The position numbers and the translations under genes are program-made. This document shows, piece by piece, positions 44,150-54,256 of a stretch of DNA of 64,000 bases (positions are counted from its first letter, which is position 1; every line of letters starts with the position of its first letter). This DNA is from an uncultured Gemmatimonadales bacterium (GTDB lineage: Bacteria; Gemmatimonadota; Gemmatimonadetes; Gemmatimonadales; GWC2-71-9), in assembly GCA_963842945.1 (NCBI GenBank), contig CAWJIM010000021.1:192001-256000 (forward strand), written 5' to 3'. The notes below the pieces were generated by a model. It made no database searches. It was not told the DNA's origin and saw nothing but the letters and a program-made list of their open reading frames with translations.

Positions 44150-46123
44150 ATGCGTCCGCGCTGGTTGCTTCTCGTCTGCGCCTCCTGGCTGGCGTCTGCG
44201 CCGGCCTGGGCACAGGCCCCCATAATTACGCCTTCGGGCGACCCTTCGATCCGGAACGACACCCTTTATAGGCTGGCGGTCGATTCCCGGAATTATCCCG
44301 GCGAGAGCGCGGTGCTCCTCCTGGACGACGGCGTCATCCGGTATGAGGCTGACGGTACCGGTACCGAGACCTACCGGCAGGTGACCCAGATCCTCACGCC
44401 CGACGCGATCGAGGAGTATGCCGAACACGAGTTTTCGTATGCACCGGGGCACCAGCGACTCACTGTCAACTGGATTCGAGTGGTCCGTCCCGATGGTACG
44501 GTGCTGAGTGAAGCGCCCAGCCAGGCTCAGGACGCCGACATTCCGGCGAGCCTGACCGACCCGGTGTACACCGACACCAAGGTTCGCCGGTACTCCCTGA
44601 GCGGAGTGGCTCCCGGCACCCTGGTCGACTGGAGCTACACGGTCGAGGAGATCAAACCATTCCTTCCGGGAGATTTCTTCGCAACCTGGAGCATCCATAC
44701 CGATGCGTTTACCCGCCGTTCGCGGTTTATTGTCGATCTCCCGGCTTCGGTCCAGCCTCACCTGGTCGAGCGCAATATCCGGTTCCGGCCCCGTGAGACC
44801 GCGGCCCGGGGCCGGCATTCGTATCTCTGGACCGCCCACGACGTTCAACCGGTTTCGCCCGAAGAGTTCATGGCCGACTCGAACGGCGTACTGATGACGA
44901 TCGGGCTCTCTGGCCCGATTACCTGGGAGACCATCGGCAGCTGGTATTCCGGGCTGTCCCGCGACCGGTATGCTGTCAACCACAGCTTACGGGAAAAGCT
45001 ACGCAGCCTGCTCAAAGAAGCCCCGACCCCCGACGATACGCTGCGGGCACTGCAACGCTGGGTGGCCCAGGATATCAGGTACGTCTCCATTGCCCTGGGT
45101 CTTGGCGGCTATCAGCCACGGATGCCGGCCGAGGTCCTGGCCACCGGCTATGGGGACTGCAAGGACAAGACAACTCTGTTCGTCGCTGCAGCCCGGGCAC
45201 TCGGCTTTCGGGCGTACCCGGTTCTCCTCAACAGCGGTGGTTGGGTTGATCGGGCACTGCCATCGCTCAGTCAGTTCAATCATGCCATTGCCATGGTCGA
45301 GCGATCTGAGGGGCGGGTATACCTCGACCTCACCGCCGAGCTGGTGCCCTATGGCGAGCTCCCCGAGTCCGACCAGGGGCAATTCGGGTTGATTGTCTAT
45401 CCGGATGGAACCTCGGAGCAGGTCACGCTTCCGGAGTCTGCACCCAGCGCCAACCTGAACCAGACCAGGATCGCGGGCTCGCTATCGGCCGAGGGATACA
45501 TCACGGCAATGTACGAGGAGCGAGGCCTTGGCAGCCGCCAGTACAGCCTGAGGAGCTTGTTCCTGGCCCCGGCGGACTCGAGTCATCGAGCCGAGTTTGC
45601 CCGCGCTATTGCCACCAACCTCTACCCCGGCGCTGAAGCTGACAGTCTGGTGGTCTTCGAGGGACGAGACCTGGCAGCGGATCCGCGGGTAGCGCTCCGT
45701 ATCGTCCGGGGCCTGGCCGCGCGGACGACCGGAAATAACCAGACCCTGATTCTGAGCCTCCCGTTGACCAGCATGCGCGGCATGGCCGACGCTGCCGCCG
45801 CTCTCGAGTCGAGGGGCCCGAGACGATTCCCCATCGATGCGGCAAAGATTATTGGACCGATGGCCACCTTCACTGATATCACCCTTACTCTGCCGCCGGG
45901 ATGGCGAGCCGAGCTGCCCCGGGATGTAGCGGCGAAAGGCAAATGGGGGACGTATACAGCCCGCTACGATCAGCAGGGCGCCACGCTGCACGTTGTCCGC
46001 AGTCTCGAAGGCGCCCGAGGCATCTACCCACCAGGGGATCTTCCCGACCTGACCGGCTGGCTTCGCGCAGTGGCCCAGGACGATGTGGCGTATCTCGTGA
46101 TCGAGCGAAACGCCACGCCCTGA
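44150..46123 (+). CDS. Secreted DUF3857 + transglutaminase-like domain protein
   Basis: Signal peptide; IRYVSIALG, GYGDCKDK, FNHAI and YLDLT (Cys-His-Asp triad). Confidence 0.88.
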   Translation: MRPRWLLLVCASWLASAPAWAQAPIITPSGDPSIRNDTLYRLAVDSRNYPGESAVLLLDDGVIRYEADGTGTETYRQVTQILTPDAIEEYAEHEFSYAPGHQRLTVNWIRVVRPDGTVLSEAPSQAQDADIPASLTDPVYTDTKVRRYSLSGVAPGTLVDWSYTVEEIKPFLPGDFFATWSIHTDAFTRRSRFIVDLPASVQPHLVERNIRFRPRETAARGRHSYLWTAHDVQPVSPEEFMADSNGVLMTIGLSGPITWETIGSWYSGLSRDRYAVNHSLREKLRSLLKEAPTPDDTLRALQRWVAQDIRYVSIALGLGGYQPRMPAEVLATGYGDCKDKTTLFVAAARALGFRAYPVLLNSGGWVDRALPSLSQFNHAIAMVERSEGRVYLDLTAELVPYGELPESDQGQFGLIVYPDGTSEQVTLPESAPSANLNQTRIAGSLSAEGYITAMYEERGLGSRQYSLRSLFLAPADSSHRAEFARAIATNLYPGAEADSLVVFEGRDLAADPRVALRIVRGLAARTTGNNQTLILSLPLTSMRGMADAAAALESRGPRRFPIDAAKIIGPMATFTDITLTLPPGWRAELPRDVAAKGKWGTYTARYDQQGATLHVVRSLEGARGIYPPGDLPDLTGWLRAVAQDDVAYLVIERNATP

Positions 46124-46130
46124 TTGATAC

Positions 46131-46159
46131 CCGAAGCCCCCGACAATCGGGGGCTTCGG
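46131..46159. terminator. Terminator between convergent genes
   Basis: CCGAAGCCCCCGA-CAA-TCGGGGGCTTCGG perfect stem. Confidence 0.75.
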
Positions 46160-46168
46160 TCATTCGGC

Positions 46169-47078
46169 TCAGCTGGCTTCAGCGTAGACAAAGCGCTCCA
46201 GAGAGACGGTGTGCTGGTTTGAGTCCGCCTGAGTCCGGATGCAGTACTGGGTGGGATAGTATCCCGACTTGCGATAGGCGGCGGGCTGCCGGATCTCGAA
46301 GCAGGCGTCGCTGGTGCGGCGAAGAAAGTCGAAGGTGATCATAGGCTCCCAGAAGATCAGCTCGCCATCGAAGGCCCCGTAGATGAACGTCCGGGTGAAT
46401 GGGGTGGACGGCTCAATCAGCTCGGGCGACCGCGAGTCGAGCAGGTGATTTCCCATCCTCGGCACCACGATTCCGACGTCGACATGCCCCTCCGGCACAT
46501 AGCGGGCTGGAATCGGCTTCCTGCCGCGCTCGAAGTCACCACAATCCACGAACTCCCCGCAGCGTCCCGGAGCTATCGCTTCGATCCGGTCCCGGTCCCA
46601 GGCAAAGAAGTGAAAATCGAAGTGGGGCCGGGCATAAATCGGCGGAGCCGGCGCCTCTCCCGGCTTGGGGGGAGGGGGATGATGTCCCTCGGCGTTCCAG
46701 TTGACGCTGATCCACTTGAAGGGAAGTTGAGCCCGGGCGACGATCTCGGTTGGCAGCTGGAGGATTCGTTCCTCATCGCCCACGCACTCGGAAGCGGCGA
46801 TGCTGGCATCGCCATTCAGATCGAAGCAACGGCTGCGGTGGTTCTTGTGGATCGGTAGCTGCTCCAGCGCTCCTCGGGTGAGCATGAACGCCGACGGCCA
46901 CGGGAGCGCCGGCGGGGGTCAGGACGACATAGCTCTCGACCCGGCCTTTGCCGATGGCTGCTGCGCTGCCGCTGTAGGTCCGGGAGTGCTCGGGAGCCCG
47001 CGATGCTAGCAGCCCAACCAGGCCGGCTGCGACAATCAGGGAAGTCAGGGCTCGGCGGCTCGGCGTCAGGACCGGCAT
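46169..47078 (-). CDS. Secreted His-motif protein (DUF5602/TTHB210-like), frameshift near 46886
   Basis: AAGGAGGT RBS and signal peptide; PHFDFHF, VPRMGNH and FIYGAFDGELIFWEPMIT motifs. Confidence 0.7.
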
Positions 47079-47095
47079 GATACCTCCTTGAAAGG

Positions 47096-47115
47096 TTATT
47101 CGTTATAACGTCTAT
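47096..47115. promoter_or_regulatory. Putative MarR operator 2
   Basis: TTATTCGTTATAACGTCTAT with palindromic core CGTTATAACG; 14/20 identical to 47621-47640. Confidence 0.55.
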
Positions 47116-47128
47116 CGAGCCAAAACAA

Positions 47129-47611
47129 TCAGGGGAATGCCCTGATCCCCGCCCGTACCTCGTCCAGCAGACTGCTGAGCTGCCGCAAGCGATCGGGGCT
47201 CAACCCGGCCATGACGGACTTGGTGTAGCGGTCGGCTGGGTCGTCCAGCCGGGCTAGCAAGGCCAGCCCAGCATCCGTGATCCGAACCAGAACGACCCGG
47301 CGATCCTCCGGATCCTGTTCCCGGCTTACCAGTCCCTGTTTGCTCAAACGGTCTACCAGGCGCGTGACGTCCGGATCCCGGTAGATCATCCGGTCGGCGA
47401 TATCGCTGCTCTTGATCGCCTTGGGGCGCGCTCCCCGCAGAATCCGGAGGATGTTGTACTGGCTGATCGAGATGCCTTCCATCCGCTTGAGATAGGTCTG
47501 CCAGCTTTCCTCGATGGCTCGGCTGGTTCGCATCAGGCCGAGCACCGCCTGTTCGTGGGGCGACCCGATAGGCCTGGTTTGCTTGAGCTCCTGGTCGATC
47601 GTCTTGGGCAT
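47129..47611 (-). CDS. MarR family transcriptional regulator
   Basis: QYNILRILRG, PDVTRLVDRL and DRRVVLVRITDAG motifs. Confidence 0.93.
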   Translation of the reverse strand: MPKTIDQELKQTRPIGSPHEQAVLGLMRTSRAIEESWQTYLKRMEGISISQYNILRILRGARPKAIKSSDIADRMIYRDPDVTRLVDRLSKQGLVSREQDPEDRRVVLVRITDAGLALLARLDDPADRYTKSVMAGLSPDRLRQLSSLLDEVRAGIRAFP

Positions 47612-47617
47612 GGCTTC

Positions 47618-47646
47618 AGATTATCTGTTGTGAGGACTATTGTCAA
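47618..47646 (-). promoter_or_regulatory. sigma70 promoter of marR with embedded operator (leaderless)
   Basis: Minus strand TTGACA-N17-TAATCT-N6-ATG. Confidence 0.7.
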
Positions 47647-47690
47647 GAGGGTAAACGTAGGGTAGGCCCGGCGGACTGGAGAACCACGGT

Positions 47691-49520
47691 TTACTCGACA
47701 GTTACCGACTTGGCGAGGTTTCTGGGCTGATCCACGTTGCAGCCCCGGCTGACCGCCACGTAATAGGAGAGCAGCTGGAGGGGGATGCTGGTCAGAATGG
47801 GGGTGAGCAAATCCAGGGTTTCAGGAATGGTGAACGTGGCATCGGCCAACCGCTCGATCTCGGTGTCTCCTCCGTTGATCAGTGCGATCACCTTGCCGCC
47901 CCGCGCCTTCACCTCTTCGATGTTGGACACGATCTTGGAGTGCACCGCGTCCCGGGGAGCGATGAACACCACCGGCATGTTCTCGTCGATGAGCGCAATG
48001 GGTCCGTGCTTCATCTCAGCCGCGGGATACCCCTCGGCGTGGATGTAGGAAATCTCCTTCAGCTTCAAGGCACCTTCCAGCGCAACCGGGAAGTTGACCC
48101 CACGGCCGAGGTAGAGGGCGTTCTTGGTGGTCTTGAGGAAGCGGTCGGCCAGCGCCTCGATCTCGCTGGTCCGTTCCAGAATCTGGGAGACCTGCTCCGG
48201 CAGCTGCTGCAGGGCATGAATGAACTGACGGCCCTGCAAAATACTGAGGTTCCTGAGCCGGGCGATGCGAAGCGTGATCAGGGACAGCGCGGCAACCTGG
48301 CTGGTGAACGCCTTGGTGCTGGCCACACCGATCTCGGGCCCGGCATGAAGGTAAATGCCGCCATCCACTTCTCGGGCTATGGTCGAGCCCACCACGTTGA
48401 CCAGACCGACCGTACGGCCGCCACGCCGCTTGGCCTCCCGAATCGCGGCCAGCGTATCGGCGGTTTCGCCCGACTGGGAAATCCCGATAACCAGGGTCTT
48501 CGGGTCAACCACCGGATTCCGGTAGCGGAATTCCGAGGCGTATTCGACTTCCACCGGAAGGCGAGCCATCTCTTCCAGCATGTACTCGCCAATGATCCCG
48601 GAATGCCAGGAGGTGCCACACGCCGTGATGATGACGCGCTCGAACTGCTTGAGCTCGTCGTCCGTCAGGTTGAGGCCGCTGACGCGCGCGGTGCCCTCGT
48701 CTTCCAACAAGTGACCGCGAAGCGTGTTGCAGATGCTCTCCGGCTGCTCGCAGATCTCCTTCAGCATGAAGTGGGGATAGCCACCCCGCTCCACCGTGGC
48801 GAGGTCCCAATCGATCTGGTTCACCGGCTTGCTGATTCGCGCCGTCTCGAGATTGCGCACCCGGTAGCCGTCGCGGGTGAGCACAACCATTTCCCCGTCG
48901 TCCAGGTAGACCACCGCGCGGGTGTGCTGCAGCAGGGGCGACGCGTCAGATGCGACGAAGAACTCGTTTTCACCGACGCCGACCAGCAGCGGAGAGCCGT
49001 TCCGGGCCGCGACAATGACCCCGGGCTCGTCCGAGGAGATGAAGGCCAGCCCATACGCTCCCTCCACATCGCGCAGCGCGGTGGCCACGGCATCTTCGAG
49101 ATTTCCCTGATAGAACTCGCCCACCAGGTGAGCCAGCACCTCGGTATCGGTGTCCGATTTGAAGGTGTGTCCCCGCTGCTCCAGCGCTTTTCGGATGGCG
49201 CCTGAGTTCTCGATGATCCCGTTGTGGATGACCGCGATGCGGCCAGACTGATCGGTATGGGGATGAGCGTTGGTTGTGGTGGGAGCCCCGTGGGTGGCCC
49301 AGCGGGTGTGTCCAATCCCAATAGTCCCCTGAGGCAGGTCCTGGTTCAGCTCACCTTCCAGCACCGAGAGCTTTCCCGCGGCCTTCATGATCTTCAGCCC
49401 ACGACCGTTCACCACGGCGATCCCGGCGGAGTCGTAGCCGCGGTATTCCAGGCGCCGCAAGCCTTCCAGCAGCAGCCCGGCTGCCTGACGCGGTCCGATG
49501 TAGCCTACAATACCGCACAT
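47691..49520 (-). CDS. glmS: Glutamine--fructose-6-phosphate aminotransferase
   Basis: MCGIVG, LEYRGYDSAG, GHTRWATHG, SQSGETAD and PRNLAKSVTVE motifs. Confidence 0.99.
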   Translation of the reverse strand: MCGIVGYIGPRQAAGLLLEGLRRLEYRGYDSAGIAVVNGRGLKIMKAAGKLSVLEGELNQDLPQGTIGIGHTRWATHGAPTTTNAHPHTDQSGRIAVIHNGIIENSGAIRKALEQRGHTFKSDTDTEVLAHLVGEFYQGNLEDAVATALRDVEGAYGLAFISSDEPGVIVAARNGSPLLVGVGENEFFVASDASPLLQHTRAVVYLDDGEMVVLTRDGYRVRNLETARISKPVNQIDWDLATVERGGYPHFMLKEICEQPESICNTLRGHLLEDEGTARVSGLNLTDDELKQFERVIITACGTSWHSGIIGEYMLEEMARLPVEVEYASEFRYRNPVVDPKTLVIGISQSGETADTLAAIREAKRRGGRTVGLVNVVGSTIAREVDGGIYLHAGPEIGVASTKAFTSQVAALSLITLRIARLRNLSILQGRQFIHALQQLPEQVSQILERTSEIEALADRFLKTTKNALYLGRGVNFPVALEGALKLKEISYIHAEGYPAAEMKHGPIALIDENMPVVFIAPRDAVHSKIVSNIEEVKARGGKVIALINGGDTEIERLADATFTIPETLDLLTPILTSIPLQLLSYYVAVSRGCNVDQPRNLAKSVTVE

Positions 49521-49531
49521 GGTCGTGAACC

Positions 49532-50923
49532 TCAGTCCAGGAGTTCTCGGCTCGCTGCCACAAGGGCTTCGGCCTCGGCTTTACTCGGTGCTTCAGCGAT
49601 CAGCCGCACAATCGGCTCAGTGCCCGAGGGTCTAACATGCAGCCAACGGTCGGACCAGGCCAACCGAAGCCCATCGCGCTCGTCGGCGGCTGCATCGGAG
49701 AATCGTTGTCGGAGCCGCTGATAGAGAGGAGGCAGATCCGAGCCGCGAGGGGCCTTCGCCTTGACGATGGTGTACCGGGGAGACTCGGCCACGAGTCGGG
49801 ACAGCGTTACCCCAGTCTGGGCAAGAAGATGCAAGATCAAGGCCACCCCTAGCGGCGCATCCCGGCCGATGTGCAGCTGCGGCAACATGACGCCGCCATT
49901 GCCCTCGCCACCGATGAGCGCACCCTCATCTCGTATGGTACGAGCCACGTTCGCTTCCCCTACGGGCGCACGGACAAGGCGGGCGCCACCAGCCCGGGCG
50001 GCGTCCTCCACCACCAGACTGGTCGAGAGGTTCACCACCACCGTGGGGACCGTACCGTCAGTGCGGCGTCGATCCAACACGGCTTTGACCGCGAAGGCGA
50101 GCGTATAGTCCTCCCCGATCGGGGTGCCGGTCTCGTCTACCAGCGCAAGCCGGTCCACGTCGGGATCCACCGCCAGGCCAACGTGCGCCCGAGTGGTTTT
50201 GACCAGCGCGCTGAGCTCGCCCAGGTTTTCAGGTATCGGCTCCGGCGCCCGGGGAAACCGACCGTCCATCTCCAGGTTAATCCCATGGACCCGGCAGGAA
50301 AGCCGCTCGAGCAGCGGGAGAATTGCCGCCGCGCCGGCGCCGCGCACGCAGTCGAGCGCTACCACGAAACGGCGCGCCTGGATGGCTGGCACATCCAGCA
50401 TTGGCAGCGCGAGGATTGCATCGAGGTGCCGTTCAATGGCTCCGGTATCCTCCCGGGCGGTGCCAAGATCACCCCAGCCCGCTCGGGGCGGCCCCCGCTC
50501 GGCGAGCGCGCGCACGGCGTGGCCGGCCTGGGCATCCAGGAAGATCCCATCCGGGCCCACAAACTTCAACGCATTCCACTCGATTGGATTATGGCTGGCG
50601 GTGAGGATCAATCCAGCCGCAGCGTGGTGATGCTCCACGGCCAATTGTACGGTTGGCGTCGGCACGATACCCAGGTCGATCACCTCCACCCCCACCGACA
50701 TCAGCCCGGCTGCGGCAGCTCGAGTAAACATGGCTCCGCTGGTGCGGGCATCCCGGCCCAACACGACGGAGCGTGGGCCCGATGGACGGGCGGAATGGCC
50801 ATTGGCTTGTGAACGGGCCCAGGAACCCAGCGCGGCGGCGTAGCGGGCGACCAGCTCGGGGGTCAGGTCGGTGCCCACGTGTCCCCGAATGCCGGAGACG
50901 CTGATCATCAGAGTGTCGGACAT
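49532..50923 (-). CDS. glmM: Phosphoglucosamine mutase / phosphohexomutase
   Basis: SVSGIRG, TASHNP, DPDVDR, GGEGNGG and RPSGTEP motifs; directly upstream of glmS. Confidence 0.85.
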   Translation of the reverse strand: MSDTLMISVSGIRGHVGTDLTPELVARYAAALGSWARSQANGHSARPSGPRSVVLGRDARTSGAMFTRAAAAGLMSVGVEVIDLGIVPTPTVQLAVEHHHAAAGLILTASHNPIEWNALKFVGPDGIFLDAQAGHAVRALAERGPPRAGWGDLGTAREDTGAIERHLDAILALPMLDVPAIQARRFVVALDCVRGAGAAAILPLLERLSCRVHGINLEMDGRFPRAPEPIPENLGELSALVKTTRAHVGLAVDPDVDRLALVDETGTPIGEDYTLAFAVKAVLDRRRTDGTVPTVVVNLSTSLVVEDAARAGGARLVRAPVGEANVARTIRDEGALIGGEGNGGVMLPQLHIGRDAPLGVALILHLLAQTGVTLSRLVAESPRYTIVKAKAPRGSDLPPLYQRLRQRFSDAAADERDGLRLAWSDRWLHVRPSGTEPIVRLIAEAPSKAEAEALVAASRELLD

Positions 50924-50934
50924 GCGGGCGAGGT

Positions 50935-51978
50935 TCAGGTGATCGGGAGCTGCGAGCCGTAAGCGTAGGCGCTGAGAAACGCCTCGACAACGCTGGCATC
51001 GAAGTGGAGGCCGGCACATCGTCGAAGCTCGTCGATGGCCCGGGAAACAGGCAGCTGAGGGCGATAGGCCCGGTTCGTGGTCATGGCATCGAACGCATCC
51101 ACCACCGCCACGATCCTGGCTTCCAGCGGAATCTGCTCACCCCGCAACGCGTCGGGAAAGCCACTGCCGTCGATCCGCTCGTGGTGAGAGCGAACGATCC
51201 GAAGCACACTGGGTGACTGCGACAGAAAGGGGGCCAGAATTTTCTCTCCCAGAGCCGAGTGCTCCATGATGTGCTGGAACTCTTCCGGAGTGAGCGGTCC
51301 CGGCTTGTTCAGGATGAATTCGCGGGTACCGATTTTCCCGATGTCGTGCAGCTCGCCCCCCAGTCGGATTTGCTCCGCCACCTCATCGCCAACACCGAGC
51401 TGAACCGCAGTCCGGGTGGCATAGCGGCTCACCCGGCTGGAATGCCCGCTGGTGTAGGCATCCTTGGCCTCGAGCGCCTGCACCAGCGTCTGCACGCCGT
51501 TTATCAGTGAGGAGCGGTTTTTCCGATCGAGCTCCTGCACCCGCATCTCCAGCATCTGCTGGTAGTAGCGGTTCTCCAGTACGAGCCGACGCTTTTCCAG
51601 CGCCTTGTGCAGCCGGGCCCGGACCTCCTCGATGATCACCGGCTTCGAGATGTAGTCCAGGGCACCCAGCTTAAGACACTCGACCGCGGTATTGACCTCG
51701 GCCATCCCGGTCAGCATGACCACGGCCATGTCGGGATAGCGCTGCAGCGCCTCGCGCAGGAAGGTCACGCCGTCCATTTCCGGCATGTAGATGTCGGAGA
51801 TGCAGATCGGGATCTCGCCCACCCGCTTCAGCACAGCCAGGGCGTCGGCACCGGAGGAGGCCTCAACTGGGGACAACCCCTGCGTCGCAATGACACGCGA
51901 CAGCACCTGCCGCACTTGCGCGTCGTCGTCCACAATGAGGCAGCGCGGACTGGCGCCATCGGAGATCGTGGCAGTCAC
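50935..51978 (-). CDS. REC-HD-GYP response regulator (cyclic dinucleotide phosphodiesterase)
   Basis: CLIVDDD...SDIYMP receiver; HSSRV, LHDIGK, HHERIDGSGFP and DAFDAMT motifs. GTG start inferred at 51978. Confidence 0.9.
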   Translation of the reverse strand: MTATISDGASPRCLIVDDDAQVRQVLSRVIATQGLSPVEASSGADALAVLKRVGEIPICISDIYMPEMDGVTFLREALQRYPDMAVVMLTGMAEVNTAVECLKLGALDYISKPVIIEEVRARLHKALEKRRLVLENRYYQQMLEMRVQELDRKNRSSLINGVQTLVQALEAKDAYTSGHSSRVSRYATRTAVQLGVGDEVAEQIRLGGELHDIGKIGTREFILNKPGPLTPEEFQHIMEHSALGEKILAPFLSQSPSVLRIVRSHHERIDGSGFPDALRGEQIPLEARIVAVVDAFDAMTTNRAYRPQLPVSRAIDELRRCAGLHFDASVVEAFLSAYAYGSQLPIT

Positions 51979-52065
51979 GCAGCGAAAGTAAACGGGGCCA
52001 ACAGCTAATAGCCAATAGTCTTGCCTGCTATTACGCTTCACATGACCCCTCCCTCGCAGGAGCCC

Positions 52066-53238
52066 ATGACCCGCATCCTCGAGCACGACCACGAGCACGG
52101 CTTTGCCACCCGGTCCGTCCATGCCGGACAGATCATCGAGCCACTGGCCGGTGCGGTCATGACCCCGATCTACCAGACCTCGACCTACGTGCAGGAAGGC
52201 CTGGGCAAGAACCGGGGATACGAGTACGCCCGCACCCAGAACCCGACCCGTGAGGCGCTGGAGCGCAACGTGGCCAGTCTCGAAGGGGCCACCTACGGCT
52301 TCGCCTTCGGCTCGGGATTGGCCGCCCTCGATGCCGTGCTCAAGCTTTTCAAGACCGGCGATCATATCGTCTGCGGCGAGAACGTGTACGGCGGGAGCCA
52401 TCGCCTGATGGAGCGGATCTACGGCAACCTGGGGTTGCGGGTGAGCTTCGTGGACATGCGAGATGTCGGCAATATCGAGCGGGCCCTCACCCCGACCACC
52501 CGGATGATTTACTGCGAGACGCCAACCAATCCGATGATGAACCTCACCGATCTCGCCGCGGTGGGAGACCTGACCCAGGCCCATGGCTACCTCTACGTCG
52601 TGGACAACACCTTCGCCACCCCGTACTTCCAGCGGCCCCTGCAGTACGGGGCCGATGTCGTACTCCACTCGACTACGAAATACCTGAACGGCCATAGCGA
52701 CATGGTGGGCGGCCTGCTGCTCACCTCCAGGGACGACGTGGCCGAGCGGCTGGCGTTTATCCAGAATGCGGCCGGCGCCGTGCCGGGCCCCATGGACTGC
52801 TGGCTGGCGCTTCGAGGCATCAAGACCCTGCCGCTCAGAATGCGTCAGCACGATGCCAACGGCCGCCGCGTCGCCGAGTGGCTTACCCGTCAATCGATGA
52901 TCAGCAAGGTCTACTACCCGGGCCTGCCATCGCATCCGCAACACGAGATCGCCTGCCGGCAAATGAGCGGCTTCGGCGGAATGGTGTCGCTGGATCTCGG
53001 TGATCCGGCCCGGGCGCGACGTTTCGTGGAAAGCACCCGGATCTTTGTGCTGGCCGAGTCGCTGGGAGGGGTCGAGAGCCTGGTGGGCCATCCCGCTTCG
53101 ATGACGCACGCGTCGGTACCACCGGCCATGCGACAGTCCATGGGTCTGACCGACAGCCTGATCCGGTTGAGCTGCGGCATTGAAGACGTAGACGATCTTC
53201 TGGCAGATTTGGACCAGGCCCTGAGGAAATGCGCCTGA
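52066..53238 (+). CDS. Cystathionine gamma-synthase/lyase (PLP transsulfuration enzyme)
   Basis: PIYQTSTY, YARTQNPT, ETPTNP, VDNTF, HSTTKYLNGHSD and AESLGGVESL motifs. Confidence 0.93.
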   Translation: MTRILEHDHEHGFATRSVHAGQIIEPLAGAVMTPIYQTSTYVQEGLGKNRGYEYARTQNPTREALERNVASLEGATYGFAFGSGLAALDAVLKLFKTGDHIVCGENVYGGSHRLMERIYGNLGLRVSFVDMRDVGNIERALTPTTRMIYCETPTNPMMNLTDLAAVGDLTQAHGYLYVVDNTFATPYFQRPLQYGADVVLHSTTKYLNGHSDMVGGLLLTSRDDVAERLAFIQNAAGAVPGPMDCWLALRGIKTLPLRMRQHDANGRRVAEWLTRQSMISKVYYPGLPSHPQHEIACRQMSGFGGMVSLDLGDPARARRFVESTRIFVLAESLGGVESLVGHPASMTHASVPPAMRQSMGLTDSLIRLSCGIEDVDDLLADLDQALRKCA

Positions 53239-53239
53239 G

Positions 53240-54256
53240 ATGAGCTCCAGCCTTCCCGCCCCTCGGCCTCGGCAGCGTTTCCCCGAAATCGCGGCAATCA
53301 CCTGGGAGCACCCGGCCGACCGGGCAGCACTGCAGACCCTCCGCACCATACCGGGAGTGGACGAAATCATTCGCAAGGTGATCGCCCTGCTCGGCGGTGA
53401 ACGCGGAATTCGCCTGCTGTTTCAGGGCAATGCAGTGCGGGTCGGACCCAACCAGTTTCCCAAGCTCTGGCACCTGCATACGGAAGTCACCACGACCTTC
53501 GACTGGAACACCGTCCCGGAGCTCTACCTCACCCAAACTCCATTCTTCAATGCTGGGGCCTACGGTATCGATGCGCCCTTCATCGTGGTGCACTCGGCGG
53601 CGGTGGAGCTGCTGGATGATGACGAGCTTCGCGTTCTCCTGTCGCACGAGCTCGGCCACGTGATGAGCGGACATGCCCTCTATCGCACCATCGCGGCCAT
53701 TCTTGCGCTGGTGAGTCTTGGGGTCCTGCCGGTGTTGGCCGAGCTCGTGGTGCTGCCGGTCCGGCTGGCCTTTCTGGAGTGGTCGAGGAAGTCCGAGCTC
53801 TCCTCCGATCGCGCCGGGCTGCTCGGCGCTCAGGATATTGTGGCGGCGCAGCGACTGGACATGAAGATGGCCGGCGGCGGCCGGGGCGATGCCTTTGCGG
53901 GACAGCTCAACGTGGATGCCTTCATGCAGCAGGCCCACGAATATGCCGCGGCAGGCGAGGGGCTCGACGTGGTATACAAGCTCCTCAGTACTCTCGCGCT
54001 CACTCACCCGATGCATACGGTCCGCGCGGCCGAGCTGCAGCGCTGGGTCGGCACCGGCGAGTACGACCGAATTCTCCGGGGAGAGTACGTGCGGCGCGGG
54101 ACCGAATCGAGTGAGCGCCCGCTCCGGGATGACGTGTCAGCGGCCGGCAGCTACTACGCGGCAGAGGCCCGTGAGCTGGCTGGACAGCTGGCCGATGTCG
54201 CCAAACGCGCCGCGGATCGCGCGCGCGAGGCGTTCCGGAACGCGCAGAAGCCGTGA
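53240..54256 (+). CDS. M48 family metallopeptidase
   Basis: WEHPADR, HELGH, ELSSDRAG and THP motifs. Confidence 0.9.
   Translation: MSSSLPAPRPRQRFPEIAAITWEHPADRAALQTLRTIPGVDEIIRKVIALLGGERGIRLLFQGNAVRVGPNQFPKLWHLHTEVTTTFDWNTVPELYLTQTPFFNAGAYGIDAPFIVVHSAAVELLDDDELRVLLSHELGHVMSGHALYRTIAAILALVSLGVLPVLAELVVLPVRLAFLEWSRKSELSSDRAGLLGAQDIVAAQRLDMKMAGGGRGDAFAGQLNVDAFMQQAHEYAAAGEGLDVVYKLLSTLALTHPMHTVRAAELQRWVGTGEYDRILRGEYVRRGTESSERPLRDDVSAAGSYYAAEARELAGQLADVAKRAADRAREAFRNAQKP

Noticed and set aside
49521..49531. glmS ribozyme
   Set aside because: Only 11 bp separate glmM and glmS, so there is no room.
51979..52065. SAM riboswitch before the transsulfuration gene
   Set aside because: The intergenic region is short and lacks SAM-I or SAM-II consensus elements.
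50935..53376. Apparent 813-aa protein
   Set aside because: The first 466 codons are antisense to the cystathionine lyase gene; the real REC-HD-GYP gene starts near 51978.
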